DNA from: Chiloscyllium plagiosum
Taxonomy: Eukaryota
Reading direction: 5' to 3'
Assembly: GCF_004010195.1 (NCBI RefSeq)
Contig: NC_057718.1
Location: forward strand, 58,060,182-58,124,181
DNA: 64,000 bases
Part shown: positions 1 through 11,605 of the stretch, piece by piece
How the letters are laid out: every line of letters starts with the position of its first letter
Position numbering within the stretch: position 1 is the stretch's first letter
Program-made: the position numbers and the translations under genes
The notes under the pieces: model-generated
What the model saw: the letters and a program-made list of their open reading frames with translations, nothing else
What the model was told of the DNA's origin: nothing
Databases searched by the model: none

Positions 1-89
1 CATGCCTGTTATGATTTTATAAACCTCTGGGTCTCCCCAAGGTCACCTGTGAATTTCACTGTTTGTTTGATCTGGAATTCATGCATGAG

Positions 90-378
90 GAGTCATAGAG
101 TCATAAAGATGTACAGCATGGAAACAGACCCTTCGGTCCAACCCGTCCATGCCGACCAGATATCCCAACCCAATCTAGTCCCACCTGCCAGCACCCGGCC
201 CATATCCCTCCAAACCCTTCCTATTCATATACCTATCCAAATGCCTCTTAAATGTTGCAATTGTACCAGCCTCCACCACATGTTCTGGCAGCTCATTCCA
301 TACACGTACCACCCTCTGCATGAAAAAATTGCCCCTTAGGTCTATTTTGTATCTTTCCCCTCTCACCCTAAACCTATG
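90..378 (-). mobile_element. CR1/HER1 LINE 3' fragment
   Basis: Minus strand encodes HRFRVRGERYKIDLRGNFFMQRVVRVWNELP (CR1 ORF2 C-terminus) followed by the 3' UTR and catagagt tail repeat. Confidence 0.85.
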
Positions 379-837
379 AAATCTCCAACTTTTGCTGTCC
401 TGCAGCCTTCTGAAGTCATTCACCATTTAAATAATATTCAGCTCCTCTATTCTTCCTGCAAAATTTCATAAGCTCATATTTTATGACATTATATTTCATC
501 TGACAAGTTTTAGCCCACTTACTTAACCCGTCTACATTCCTTTAGATACTCAGTGGTTAATCATCACCATTTGGCTTCCCACTTATCCATAACCTGCAAA
601 CTTAGCAGTAGTACATTCACTTTCCTTATCCAAATCATTTGGGTCGAGTATTGATCTCTATGTCACTACACTAGGCACAGGACAGTATTGTGAAAATGCC
701 TGCTTTATTCCACCTCTGTCTTCTGTTACTTAAATCATTCTCTATCGATGTTAATATGTTACCTCCAACACCATAGGCTCTTTTTGTGTAAAAGATTTTC
801 TTATGCGTATGAAATAACTGCATAGAGGCCAGTATCC

Positions 838-1266
838 TGTCATAGAGTCATAGAGATGTACAGCATGGAAACAGACCCTTTGGTCCAACCCGTCCATGCC
901 GACCAGATATCCCAACCCAATCTAGTCCCACCTGCCAGCACCCAGCCCATATCCCTTCAAACCCTTCCTATTCATATACCCATCCAAATGCCTCTTAAAT
1001 GTTGCAATTGTACCAGTCTCCACTTCCTCTGGCAGTTCATTCTATACCCGTACACCCTCTGTCTGAAAAGGTTGCCCCTTAGGTCTCTTTTATATCTTTC
1101 CCCTCTCACCCTAAACCTATGCCTTCTAGTTCTGGATTCCTTGACCCCAGGGAAAATACTTTGCCTATTTACCCTATCAATGCCCCTCATAATTTTGTCA
1201 ATCTCTATAAGGTCACCCCTCAGCCTCCGACGCTCCAGGGAAAACAGCCCCAGGCTGTTCAGCCTC
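838..1266 (-). mobile_element. CR1/HER1 LINE 3' fragment
   Basis: MRGIDRVNRQSIFPGVKESRTRRHRFRVRGERYKRDLRGN. Near-identical to 90-378. Confidence 0.85.
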
Positions 1267-2800
1267 TGTCATCAAGTTACCCGTTATTTATTTGTACACA
1301 GTGTACTGGCTGTGACCAGCCAGCTCGAAGCCAGTCCCCTGAACTGAGGAGATTCTAAATCTCTGGGGTCAGCCAGCCTTTCTGATTTGCCCAAGTTAGC
1401 AATCCTAATCAAGGATCTCATAATCAACGAGATCCATCTGGTGCCAATCACTACATAGCCCTCCCCTCAAGTCTGAGGATGTAGACCTGGTCTTTCTCTT
1501 GTGGCTTACCTGCGACATTTTTGCCACAGGTCCAGTTACTCTGACACGGGTAATCTGTACCAGACAGTAGCCCACTTTTTGTGTTTGGAGCATCTCAGGA
1601 GAGTTTCCTCCTCTTCTTCCGGCAGTAACAGTATCAAGGCAGTAACAGTATCCATCTCAGACTCTGAGAATTCCTTGACTCTAGATGGAGGGAAAGGAAC
1701 CCACGTTTCTGACAAGCCTTCTGGCTGTTCTGAGGGGCCGGGTATGTTTGGCTCCTGCCCTGTTTGCAAGGTAACTGCCTTTAGGTGATCCATGTGTTTG
1801 TTTTGGACTATATCACTGACTCGCACTTTGTAAGTCACTGGATTTGACCTCATGTCAACCTTGCCTTGTACCCATACAGGGCCATTTCCATGGTTCCAGC
1901 ACCAAACTTCATCCCCCGAATTGAACTGTCTCTCTTGCTTAGAGGAGGCATGTCACCAACATTGGTGTTCCTGCTGCCGTTTCACCCTTCCCCTCCCAGA
2001 TCTGAGAATATCAGGTTTAACCTGGTGTGGAGTCTTCTCTCCATCAGCAACTCTGCTGGAGCTACCCCTGTAGTTGTGTGAGGGGTGGTCCTATAATCAA
2101 ACAGGAAGCTAGACAGTTTGGTATCTAGTGATGCTGTAGACTGCTTCTTTAAACTTGTCTTCAATTGTTGGACCACTCTTTCTGCCATACCATTGGACAA
2201 TAAAGATGTCCTGATGTGCTGAATGCCATTTGATGTTAGGAAACTCCCTGCTGGTAAATGAAGTCCCATTGTTCATGACCAATATTTCCAGGAGTCCATG
2301 TATCGCAAACGATGCTCCCACAGCTTCTCAATTGTTATCCCTGAGTTTGGCCGAATAAACTTTATGCCACTTTGAATGGGCATCCACAAAGACCAGGATC
2401 ATTGAGCCCATGAAAGGGCTGGCATGGTTGGCATGCAACTGAGTCCAGGGTTTACCTAGCCATTCCCACGAATGTTTGCAGACTGGGCACTGCTGCACCA
2501 ACACAGCTAAGTCAGCATCCAACCCTGGCCATCAGTTATAGCTTCTTGCTAGCATCTTCATTTTGGAAACCCCTGGATGACCCTGGACTTTAGCCAGTAT
2601 CTGGCAGTGACCTTTACTCAAAACAATCACCTTTGCTCCCCAAAATAATATGCCGTCCTCTATGGTGATCTGATCTCACCAGGTCCAGAACGGTTGTGAT
2701 GGCCCTTCTGTTTCCCCCATTACCACCAGCTGTTTTAGTTTGGCTAGGACAGGATCTTTTTGAATTCATGATCAGATATTGTCAGTGGTGAGTGGAAGGG
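1267..2800 (-). mobile_element. Gypsy/Ty3 LTR retrotransposon remnant (integrase, PPT, partial 3' LTR)
   Basis: Frameshifted integrase motifs (PFMGSMILVFVDAHSKW; SNGMAERVVQQLK; YRTTPHTTTGVAPAELLM). Purine tract on the minus strand at 1459-1468 is followed by TGTAGTGA from 1455. Confidence 0.8.
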
Positions 2801-2804
2801 TCAA

Positions 2805-3270
2805 TTGACTCGTCTGTGAGACAGCTCTCCCAATTTTGGCATGAGCCCCTACATGTTAGTGAGGAGGACTTTGCAGGGTCGGCAGGGCAGTTTCTGCCAT
2901 TGTCTTATCCAGTGTCTAGGTTGATGCCAGGTATTCCACCTCGTTTCATTTCTTCGAGATTTTGCAGCAATTGGTACAACTGCATTGCTTGTTAGGCCAT
3001 TTCAGGGAGCAATTGAGCTTTCCTGTGGATCTGGAGTCATAAATAGGCCAGACCAGGTGAGGATGGCAGATTTCCTTCCTTGAAAGATATTAGTAAACCA
3101 GATTGGGTTTTCTGACAATTGGCAATGCTCTTATGGTCATCAGTAGATACTTAATTCTAGATTTTTTAAAATGCATTCAAATTCCATGGCAGGATTCAAA
3201 CCCGGGTCCCCAGAACATTAGCTGAGTTTCTGGATTAATAGTCTAGCAATAACAGTAGGCCATCACTTAC
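2805..3270 (-). mobile_element. 5' end of APE-type LINE with tRNA-like head
   Basis: Minus strand has a B-box-like GGTTTGAATCC (3192-3202) and runs into KVLLTNM*GLMPKLGELSHR (APE N-terminus). Homologous to 8820-9005. Confidence 0.6.
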
Positions 3271-5889
3271 CCTCTTCATTTTTGCCTCCTCAAAAAATTA
3301 TAAGAAATTTGTCAGACACAATTTATCTTTCATGAAGCTATTCTGACTTTTCTTTATTATATTGTGTATTTCTAAGTGTTGTGCTATTACATCCTTAACA
3401 ATAGACCCTAAGCTCATAAAATAATAGAACAAGCTTAGGCCATTTGGCCCATGGAATCTGATTCATCATTCAATCATGGCTCATATGTTGCTCAATCCCA
3501 TTCTCCTGCCTTCACCTCATAACCCTTGGTCCCCTTACAGATTAAGGACTTATCTATCTCTGTCTTAAAAACATTCAACTTTTTTCCATTCTAAGTTTTA
3601 TCACTGAACACTACGAGCACTATTGTATTTGGAGCAAATGCTACTGCCACACGGTGCAGGTACTAGAGTGATGCAGCACACTGATTGTAACATGATATGT
3701 TTGAAAGACCTATTTGTCTGTCTGCACTAGTCTGACTGCACTGTCAACATCTCTGTAATACCTCACACCATCTCTATCTCTGCAGCTGAATCCACCACTC
3801 ACCAAGGCTCATGATCTGCAACTATCACTATTTCCAACAACATCTTCCCTTAATTGTTATCATCCAGCCTAACCTCTGACACCACTACCCCTACATTCCC
3901 TCTGCACTATCCACCTACCGTCGCAGGCCATCTCCCCATCTGTACCAAAAATAACGACTGTGTCACCCATTCTCATATCTGTTAATATCTGCCTCTGATA
4001 TGGAAAGGTGGTGTTCTATTGTGATTGGTGTATTTTTCCACTCAGTTAGAGGAGCTGTTAGGGGAAGTTTGCAAAATGTGCTGCAGAGTATCTAATAGGT
4101 GGCACGTACTGCAAACATTTTTCATTGGTGGTGGAGGGAGTGAGTGTTTAAGATGGTAGATAGGGTACAAATCAAGTAATCTGCCTTGTTCGAGATGGTT
4201 TGAGCTTCTTGAGTGTTGTTGGAGGCAAGTAAAACATATTCCATCAGATAACTAACCCGTGCTTTGTAGATGGTAGACTGTTTTTAGGGAGTGAGTTGCT
4301 GCAAACACTTATCCTCTGGACTGATCTGGTAGCCACAGTATTTATCTTCATGAATGCGAACAGGAGAAAATGTTCTTTCTGAAGAATGCTGTTCATACTG
4401 TAATTAATAATTCAATAGGAACAATAATAGTCATGAGTTTTTAAAGTGTACATGTGATTCTGCATATTAATAATTTGCAGAATTTGAAGGTCACCAACGA
4501 TTCCTAAAACCACTCTCCAAATTAAAACAGAACATCTTATGGACAGATTCCAGAGTTCTCACTTAATGAAGCAATCAAATTGGAGATTACATGTACTTCT
4601 CTGTGGTCAGGAGTAATGGGTCACCATTGCTGAATCACCCTTTGTCAACGACAAAAACTTTAACACAGATATTTTAGGAGCTTGAATATTTTTAGAAAAT
4701 GTTCCCCGTGATTTCACATGGTAAAACATGAATATTAAACCAATCCTCTATATTGTAAGCTCCTACTTCTATGGTTGACTTAAGTTGAATTATTCTGTGG
4801 TTATTACGGGTGACTTCATTGCCCTATGATGTGAGAATTCGCTGTGAAAAAGATAAGTTTTCATTAACAAAGAATTATTACTCGAATGTCATATCTGCTA
4901 TATTTTAGAATGTTTTTGAAAACATCACTTTTTTTTCAGTTGAAGCAAACATTGCACTGGTGATGTCGCCCCTTTGCATTGTGACGAGACTATCAGTATA
5001 ATTGGGAATTTCATACATTCTACAAAAAAACAATTTGACCACAATTAAATCAAGGCCTTGTATATATCGGGTTTGAAAGTGAAGGGCAACAACTCAATTA
5101 AAAATGTATTAGGATAATCAAAGGGACACTGTAATCACACTGTTGTCCTGCAACACAGTTTGCTATGTTCAAAGACAGGGGGATATACAAAATCACAATT
5201 GATGATTTAATGAATTAATTTGGCCCTTAGTTTAATTGGTTTAATCTTTTAATTCTTAAAAGATCAAAATATGAGACAATGATATTGTAAATGTATGCTA
5301 CAACAGTGAGGATCCAGGTTAGATTTTCTCAATGGATTTATTTTCATCTGTTCTTGATTGTTTAAGAATTAAACTTACCTTGAGACACACTGACAGGTAA
5401 TAATAGCTGCCTGTCCTCCCGTCTTCACAGCTTGACTTCCTGTTGTCACACTTTTAAAAATATTTTTGTATTAATGCTTCTTCCCTATTGCAAATTCCTA
5501 CTTTCACATTCATAAGGGGTTCGGCCTATGCAAATTCACCACTTTGGCACAATATCACCAATTGGTCCAACAAATCCCTCAAAATGCCTTCTAAAAGTGT
5601 GTAATTTGTAATTTTATTTTTGCAGTAAATTTAACCTCCAAAGTTCAAAATGGTGCATTAAAAAATGTGCATATTTCACAATAATGGCATTAAGCGTATT
5701 CGCTGAATTGTCTTTGATTTCTTTTATGCCATTATTTAAATCTTTACTTAAAGATCTCTCTCTATCCCAAAAGCCTGAGCTTTCTTTTGATTTTTTTTTC
5801 CCAGAGTCTGGGCTCTGTGACTTGAATTAGAAATGTTCAGCCTGAGTATATAGGAGTAAGAATGGGCCGTTCAATCAATGGAACCTGAA

Positions 5890-5971
5890 TTAGAGTGGTG
5901 CTGGAAAAACACAGCAGGTCAGGCAGCATCCGAGGAGCAGGAAAATCGATGTTTCGGGCAAAAGCCCTTCT
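5890..5971 (-). mobile_element. Penelope-like pLTR fragment with partial hammerhead
   Basis: gtgctggaaaaacacagcaggtcaggcagcatcc...tcgatgtttcgggcaaaagcccttc matches the 22226 arm. The CTGA box is lost at the truncation. Confidence 0.7.
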
Positions 5972-6064
5972 TGAGGGAGCCTGTTCATTGATCCACACTT
6001 AAACTCCATTGACCTGCTTTGGTCTGGTAACTGTAATACTTTTGCCAAACCAAAACATTTTTAA

Positions 6065-9005
6065 AAATTTCTTTCAGGGGATGTGAGCTTTGCTGGCTGG
6101 GCAAGGTTTTCTTGTCCATCCTTGTCTGCCCTTGAGAGAGTGGTGCTGAATTTTTTTCTTGATCTGCTCCCTCCATTGGATGCAGGTACAATACTGTTAG
6201 GGAGTAAATTCTGGGATTTTGACACAGCGACATTGAAGGAACAATGATATAGTTCCAAGTCAGAGGTTTGATGGGGGTGAGGTGCAGGGGGACACCTGAG
6301 TCATAGAATCATACAGCATGGAAACAGACCCTTTGGTACAACTTGTTCACGCTGATTAGACATCCCAATCTGACCTGGTTCTATTTGCCTGCATTTAGCC
6401 CATTCACCTCTGAGCCCTTCCTATTAATATACCCATTCAGATGCCTTTTAAATGTTGTAATTGTACCAGCCTCCACTACTTTCTCCAGCAGCTTGTTCCA
6501 TACATGCACCAGTCTATGTTGAAAAGTTGTCCCTTAGGTCCTTTTTAATTCTTCCCTCCCTCACCTTAAACCTATGCTCTCCCGGTTTCGGACTCCCTCA
6601 CCCTAGGAAAAAGACATTGACTATTCAGTCTACCCACGCCCCTCATGATTTTATAAACCTCTATAAGGTCACCCTTCAGCCTCCAATGCATTGTCATAAA
6701 GGCTCACAACATTGAAAAAGGCCTTTAAACCCATCGAGTTTGCGCTGGTCAAAAACTGCTAGCTAACTATTCTAGTCCCATTTTCAGCACTTGGTTCATA
6801 GCCTTGTATTTGTTGGGGTGGTGCATCTGTTATCTTTGTCCATCTAATGGTCATCTAATGGTCATGGTCCTGGGTTTGGAAGGTGCTGACAAAGGACCTT
6901 TGGGTGAACTTCTGATGTACATCTTGCAGATGATACACACTGTTCTTACTGTGCATTAGTGATGGAAGGGATTAAATGTTTGTGGAGATTGTGCCTATCA
7001 AGTTGGCTGCTTTGTTCTGGATGGTGCCAAGCTTCTTGACTGCTCTTATAACTACAGTCTTCCAGATAATTGTGGAGTATTCCATCAAACTCCTGAATTG
7101 TGCTGAGGCAGTGAACAGGATTTTTGGGGTCAGGAGGTAGGTGAATTAGTGTATATTCCTAGCCTCTGACCTTCTCATGTAGCCAAAGTTTTATATAGGG
7201 TTAGTCCAGTTCAGTTTCTGGTCCTTTTAAGATGTTGATAGTGGAAGGTTTTGGTGATAGTAATGCCATTGAATGTCAAGGGACAATGGTTTGATCCTTT
7301 CGTATTGGAGATCATTACTGCCTGACCCTTGTGTGGCATGAATGTTACTTGCCACTTATCATCCCAAACTGGGATATTGCCTAAGTGTTGCTGCATTTGG
7401 ACATGAACTGCTTCAGTATCTGAGGAGTCAGGCATGGTGCTGAATATTGTACAATCATCAGTGACTTAATGGGGGAGTGACGGTCACCGATGAAGCTGCT
7501 GAAGATGGTTTGGGCTAAATCACTATGCTGAGGAACTCCTGCAGTTTTGTCCTGCACTTGAGATGACTGATTTCCAACATCCATTACACGCTTGATACAA
7601 TTCTAACCAGTGAAGATTTCTCCCTTAGATTCCCATTGACTTTATTTTTACTGGGGCTCCTTCTCGGAGCATGTGAGGCCTTGATATCAAGGGTAGTAAA
7701 CCTGACCTTCACTCTGCAGTTCTGGTCTTTTCTCCATGTTGAATGGAAGTTTATCTTTTGCACAGATGTGCTGGGCATTCCATCATTGTGGTTGGGGATA
7801 TTGGTGGAGTTTCCTCCTCCATTGAGTTGTCCAATTGTCCATCACAATTCATGACTGGACGTGGCAGGACTGCAGAGCTTATATCTAATCTGCAGGCAGT
7901 AGGATCACTTAACTCTATCTATCACTTGCTGCTAATACTGCTTAGTACACATGTAGTTCAGTTTTTCAGCTTCACCACCTAGACACCTCATTTTTAGGTA
8001 TGCCTAGTGCTGTTCTGACATTCCTTCCTGCAAACTGTATGGAACCAAGATTGATTCTTAACGTGATGATAGAGTGGGGGGAATATGCTGAGCTATGGTA
8101 TTGCAGATTGTGCTGCAATATGATTCTGCTGCTGCTGATGGTCCACAGTATCTTCTGAAGATACCCAGTCTTGAGTTGGTAGCTCTGTTTGAAATTTATT
8201 CCATTTAGTGTGCTGGTAAAGCCATGCAACATAATTTAAGTTATCCTCAATGTGAAGACTGGACTTAGTCTCCACATGAACTGTGTGGTGGTCACTCTTA
8301 CAGATACTATCATTGACAGATGCATCTGCAGCAGGCAGATTGGTGAGGATGGGGTCAAGTATGTTTTTTACCCTCCCATTGGTTCCCTCACCACCTGCCG
8401 TGACCTGTCGAGAAGCTATATCCTTTAGGACTCAATTAGCTCAGTCAGTGGTGTTGTTGTCTTGGCAATGGACATTGAAGTTAACCTCCAGAGTGCATTC
8501 TGCACCCTTGCTACCCTCAGTGTTTCCTCCAAATGGTGTTTAACATGGAGGAATGCTGATTGATCAGCTGAGCAGTTGGGGGGTGCAGGTGGGCAAGAGG
8601 TTTCCTTGCCCATGCTTGATCAGATGTCATGAGTGTTTATGGGGTCCAGAGTTAGTGTTGAAGATTCCCCAGGCAACTGCCTCATGACTGTGGTGACACC
8701 TTTGTTGGATTGGCCTTGCTGGTGTGGCAGGATATAGCCAGGGATGGTGATGGTAGTAATGACACATTATCTGGAAGGTATTGTTCCATGTGCGTGACTA
8801 TGTCAAGTTGTTGTTTGAGCCTTTGAGACAACTCTACCCATATGGCACTGGCCCCCATATGTTGGTAAGGAGCACTTTGCAGTTTGCCATTGTCGTTTCT
8901 GATGTTTAGAGTGAAGTGAGGTGAACTGTATAACTTAATTCCTTCGGAACATTTAGCTCTTTGATATGACGAGTTTGCTTGGCAATTCCAGAGGGCAGTT
9001 AAAAG
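6065..9005 (-). mobile_element. Decayed APE-RT non-LTR retrotransposon (CR1/L2 superclade), interrupted by younger inserts
   Basis: APE fragments (KVLLTNIWG; SADQSAFLHVKHHLEETLRVAR) and RT fragments (TTLDIKA; TAGVPQHSDLAQTIFS; WDDKWQVTFMPHKGQ). The 3' UTR at about 6065-6270 matches 10230-10465. Confidence 0.7.
6298..6685 (-). mobile_element. CR1/HER1 LINE 3' fragment nested in the older LINE
   Basis: Same tail and ORF2 end as 838-1266. Confidence 0.8.
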
Positions 9006-9023
9006 TCAACAATAGTGCTTTTA

Positions 9024-9104
9024 TGGATTAGTGGTGCTGGAAGAGCACAGCAATTCAGGCAGCATCCGAGGACAGGCAAAATCGACGTTTCATTGTTTTT
9101 ACCT
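9024..9104 (-). mobile_element. Tiny Penelope-like fragment with 14-bp TSD
   Basis: caatagtgctttta at 9010-9023 and 9105-9118. The insert matches the pLTR end (gtgctggaagagcacagc...gcagcatccgagg...tcgacgtttc). Confidence 0.7.
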
Positions 9105-9229
9105 CAATAGTGCTTTTAGTCTGTTGCCACTGGACAGAAGAAAGTTGTTGCATAATGAATGGGATTGTTTATATTCCCTATCATATCCAGGTTAACTAAT
9201 TTTCTTATTTTCTGTAAGCTTGCAGTTAT

Positions 9230-9690
9230 CCAAAATTCTACTCTTTCTGTCCTGACTTGCAGCAAATCCTGTTCACTCATTATCCTGTGCTTCCTGACCT
9301 ACTTTGGCTCCCAGCAATCCAAAGCCTCAAATTAAAAACTCTCAATCATTCCAAATCCCTCCATGGACTTGACCCTCCCTATCTCTGAAATCGCCCCCAG
9401 CCTCACTGTCATCTGGGAGCTACTTGAATTCTATTTTCTTTCAGCAACCCTAATTTTAACAGCTTCCCTATTATTGGCCATACACACAGTTATATGGGGG
9501 CTCTATGGTCTAGAATTCCCTCTCTACTCCTCTCCACTCTGTTTCCCCTGTCAAACTTGTCTCCTTGTCTGAACTTTCCGTCATCTGTCCTAACATCTGT
9601 TTATATGGCCTGGTATATAACACTTAGTTTTTAAATTCTCCATGATGTGTTTTGAGACATTATATATAATGCTAGAAGAGTGAGATATTT
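9230..9690 (+). mobile_element. L2-like LINE 3' remnant
   Basis: ctgacctactttggctccc...ttccaaatccctccatgg motif (LHWLP region). Homologous to 39220-39690. Confidence 0.5.
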
Positions 9691-10069
9691 AAAGGTATTC
9701 TACACGTTGTAAAATTACTGGGTTGTTTTATACTGTATAGAATCTGGATTATTTAATACTGTACTCTGTTCATGGACTAGGTTATTTTATATTCAATATG
9801 GTGACTACCCTAGAAAGGACTGCCTCATTAGTGAGTTTGCCTTTCAATTATAATGCCAAGAATATTATGTAAACACTGAAAATAAATGTTTTTGAGCCTT
9901 CTTTTGGGTTGTCCAGACTTCACTGCTGTATCACAATGTGTCGAGTGTACCATTCATGAGGACAAGCATCTTGGGCCTACCGGTCAGTTTGTTATCTCAC
10001 AAGCCTATTTTGTTAGTTGGCTAAGGTTTGTGGCTGCTCTTCCTATGTATGTGCTGAGTCACATGCCAC

Positions 10070-10465
10070 GTCCGCAATAATTCACTCCTTCCACCACCAA
10101 CACTTAGTAGCATCAGTGCGAGTACTATGCACAAGATGCAGAGCAGAAATTTACCAAAGGTCTTTAGCACATTCAAAACCCACAAGCACTTCTGTCTAGA
10201 AAGACAAAGACAGGGGACGTATGGGATAATCACCAACTGCAAGTTCCCCTCCAAGCCACTGACTCGGAAATATATCATGGTTCCTTCACTGTTGCTGGGT
10301 CAAAAACCTAGAATTCCCTCCCTAAGGGCATTGTGAGTCTACTGACAATACATGAACTGCAGCAGTTGAATAAGGCAGCTCACCACCACATTCTCAAGGG
10401 CAACTAGGGACGGGCAATAAATGTTGGTCCAGCCAGGGGCATCCACGTCCCATGAGTGTAAAAAA
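10070..10465 (+). mobile_element. 3' end of the APE-RT LINE family seen at 6065-9005
   Basis: gcagctcaccaccacattctcaagggcaactagggacgggcaataaatg...cccatgag then A-run. Reverse complement of 6065-6270. Confidence 0.65.
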
Positions 10466-10584
10466 GATCTGTTCTTCAAGAGATAGATTATCTGCCACTT
10501 TACACACAAGTCTGCTTCCAGTGATGTGTTCTTAAGTCTGATCACAGATGGAGACACAGCTGCTGTCCTACAATGACATAGGAA

Positions 10585-11370
10585 GGATGATATTGCACTG
10601 GAAGGGTTCAAAGGAGATCCACCAGGATGTTGCTTGGGTTGGAGAAGATTATCCTATGAAGAGACGCTGGATATGTTTGGATTATTTTCCTTAGAGCAAT
10701 GAATGTTGAGATGGGACCTGTACTTATTTTTTTAGATTAGATTACTTACAGTGTGGCCCAACCCGCCGAAGCGTAACCCACCCATACCGCTACATTTACC
10801 CCTTTACCTAACACTACGGGCAATTTAGCATGGCCAATTCACCTGACTTGCACATCTTTGGACTGTGGGAGGAAACCGGAGCCCCCGGAGGAAACCCACG
10901 CAGACACGGGGAGAACGTGCAAACTCACACAGTCAGTCGCCTGAGTCGGGAATTGAACCCGGGTCTCTGGCGCTGCGAGGCAGCAGTGCTAACCACTGTG
11001 CCACCGTGCCGCCCATTGAGAGATATAAGATTATAAGAGGCATGGACAGGATGGACAGGAAGCAACTATTCCACACTGTTAAAGGATCAATAACAATGGG
11101 GAATAACTTTAAGGTGAAGGGCAGGAAGTTAGGAGGGGATTTGAAGAAAACATTTTTCACCCAGAGGGTGATGGGGATCTGAAGTGGGCTACTTAGGAGA
11201 GTAGTAGAGGTGGGAAACCTCACAACATTTAGAAGGATGTGGATGCGCACTTTAAATGTCATAATATTCAAGGCTATCGGCTAAATGCTGAAAAGTGGGA
11301 TTAGTACAAATAAGTTGGCACAAACGTCATGGGTCAAAAGGCCCCTTCTGTATTGTATAACTCTGTGACA
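10585..11370 (+). mobile_element. CR1 LINE 3' fragment split by a SINE
   Basis: YKIIRGMDRMDRKQLF...FFTQRVMGI. Continuity gggacctg|attgag is interrupted at 10720-11014. Confidence 0.75.
10732..11014 (-). mobile_element. HE1-type tRNA-derived SINE
   Basis: Head GGGCGGCACGGTGGCACAGTGGTTAGCACTGCTGCC (A box), GGTTCAATTCC (B box), central core and (tctaa)n tail. CpGs are retained, so it is young. Confidence 0.85.
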
Positions 11371-11404
11371 AGATAAGAACAGCAGAATGCTCTCCGCAAG
11401 TGGC

Positions 11405-11605
11405 AGTAGTGAACCAGGTGGGTTTTTCAGGCAATCAGCAATAGTTTCATGGTCAATGTCGAATTTTCATGCCCACCTTTATTTAAAAATTGAATTCAAA
11501 TTCCATTATCTGCTATGATGGTACTCAAACCCAGGTTCGCAGAGCATTAGGAACTAATCCTCTGAAGGATTAGTTTTGTGACAATACCATTACACCATTG
11601 CATTC
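11405..11605 (-). mobile_element. tRNA-like head repeat, second copy of the 3090-3270 sequence
   Basis: Aligns by eye to 3090-3266. Minus strand TGGTGTAATGG is A-box-like. Confidence 0.55.

Noticed and set aside
90..1120. Near-identical segments 90-378 and 838-1120 as LTRs or a segmental duplication
   Set aside because: Both are 3' ends of the same young HER1/CR1 family with different 5' extents and unrelated flanks.
10945..11014. tRNA gene
   Set aside because: The A/B boxes belong to an HE1 SINE head followed by SINE core and tail.
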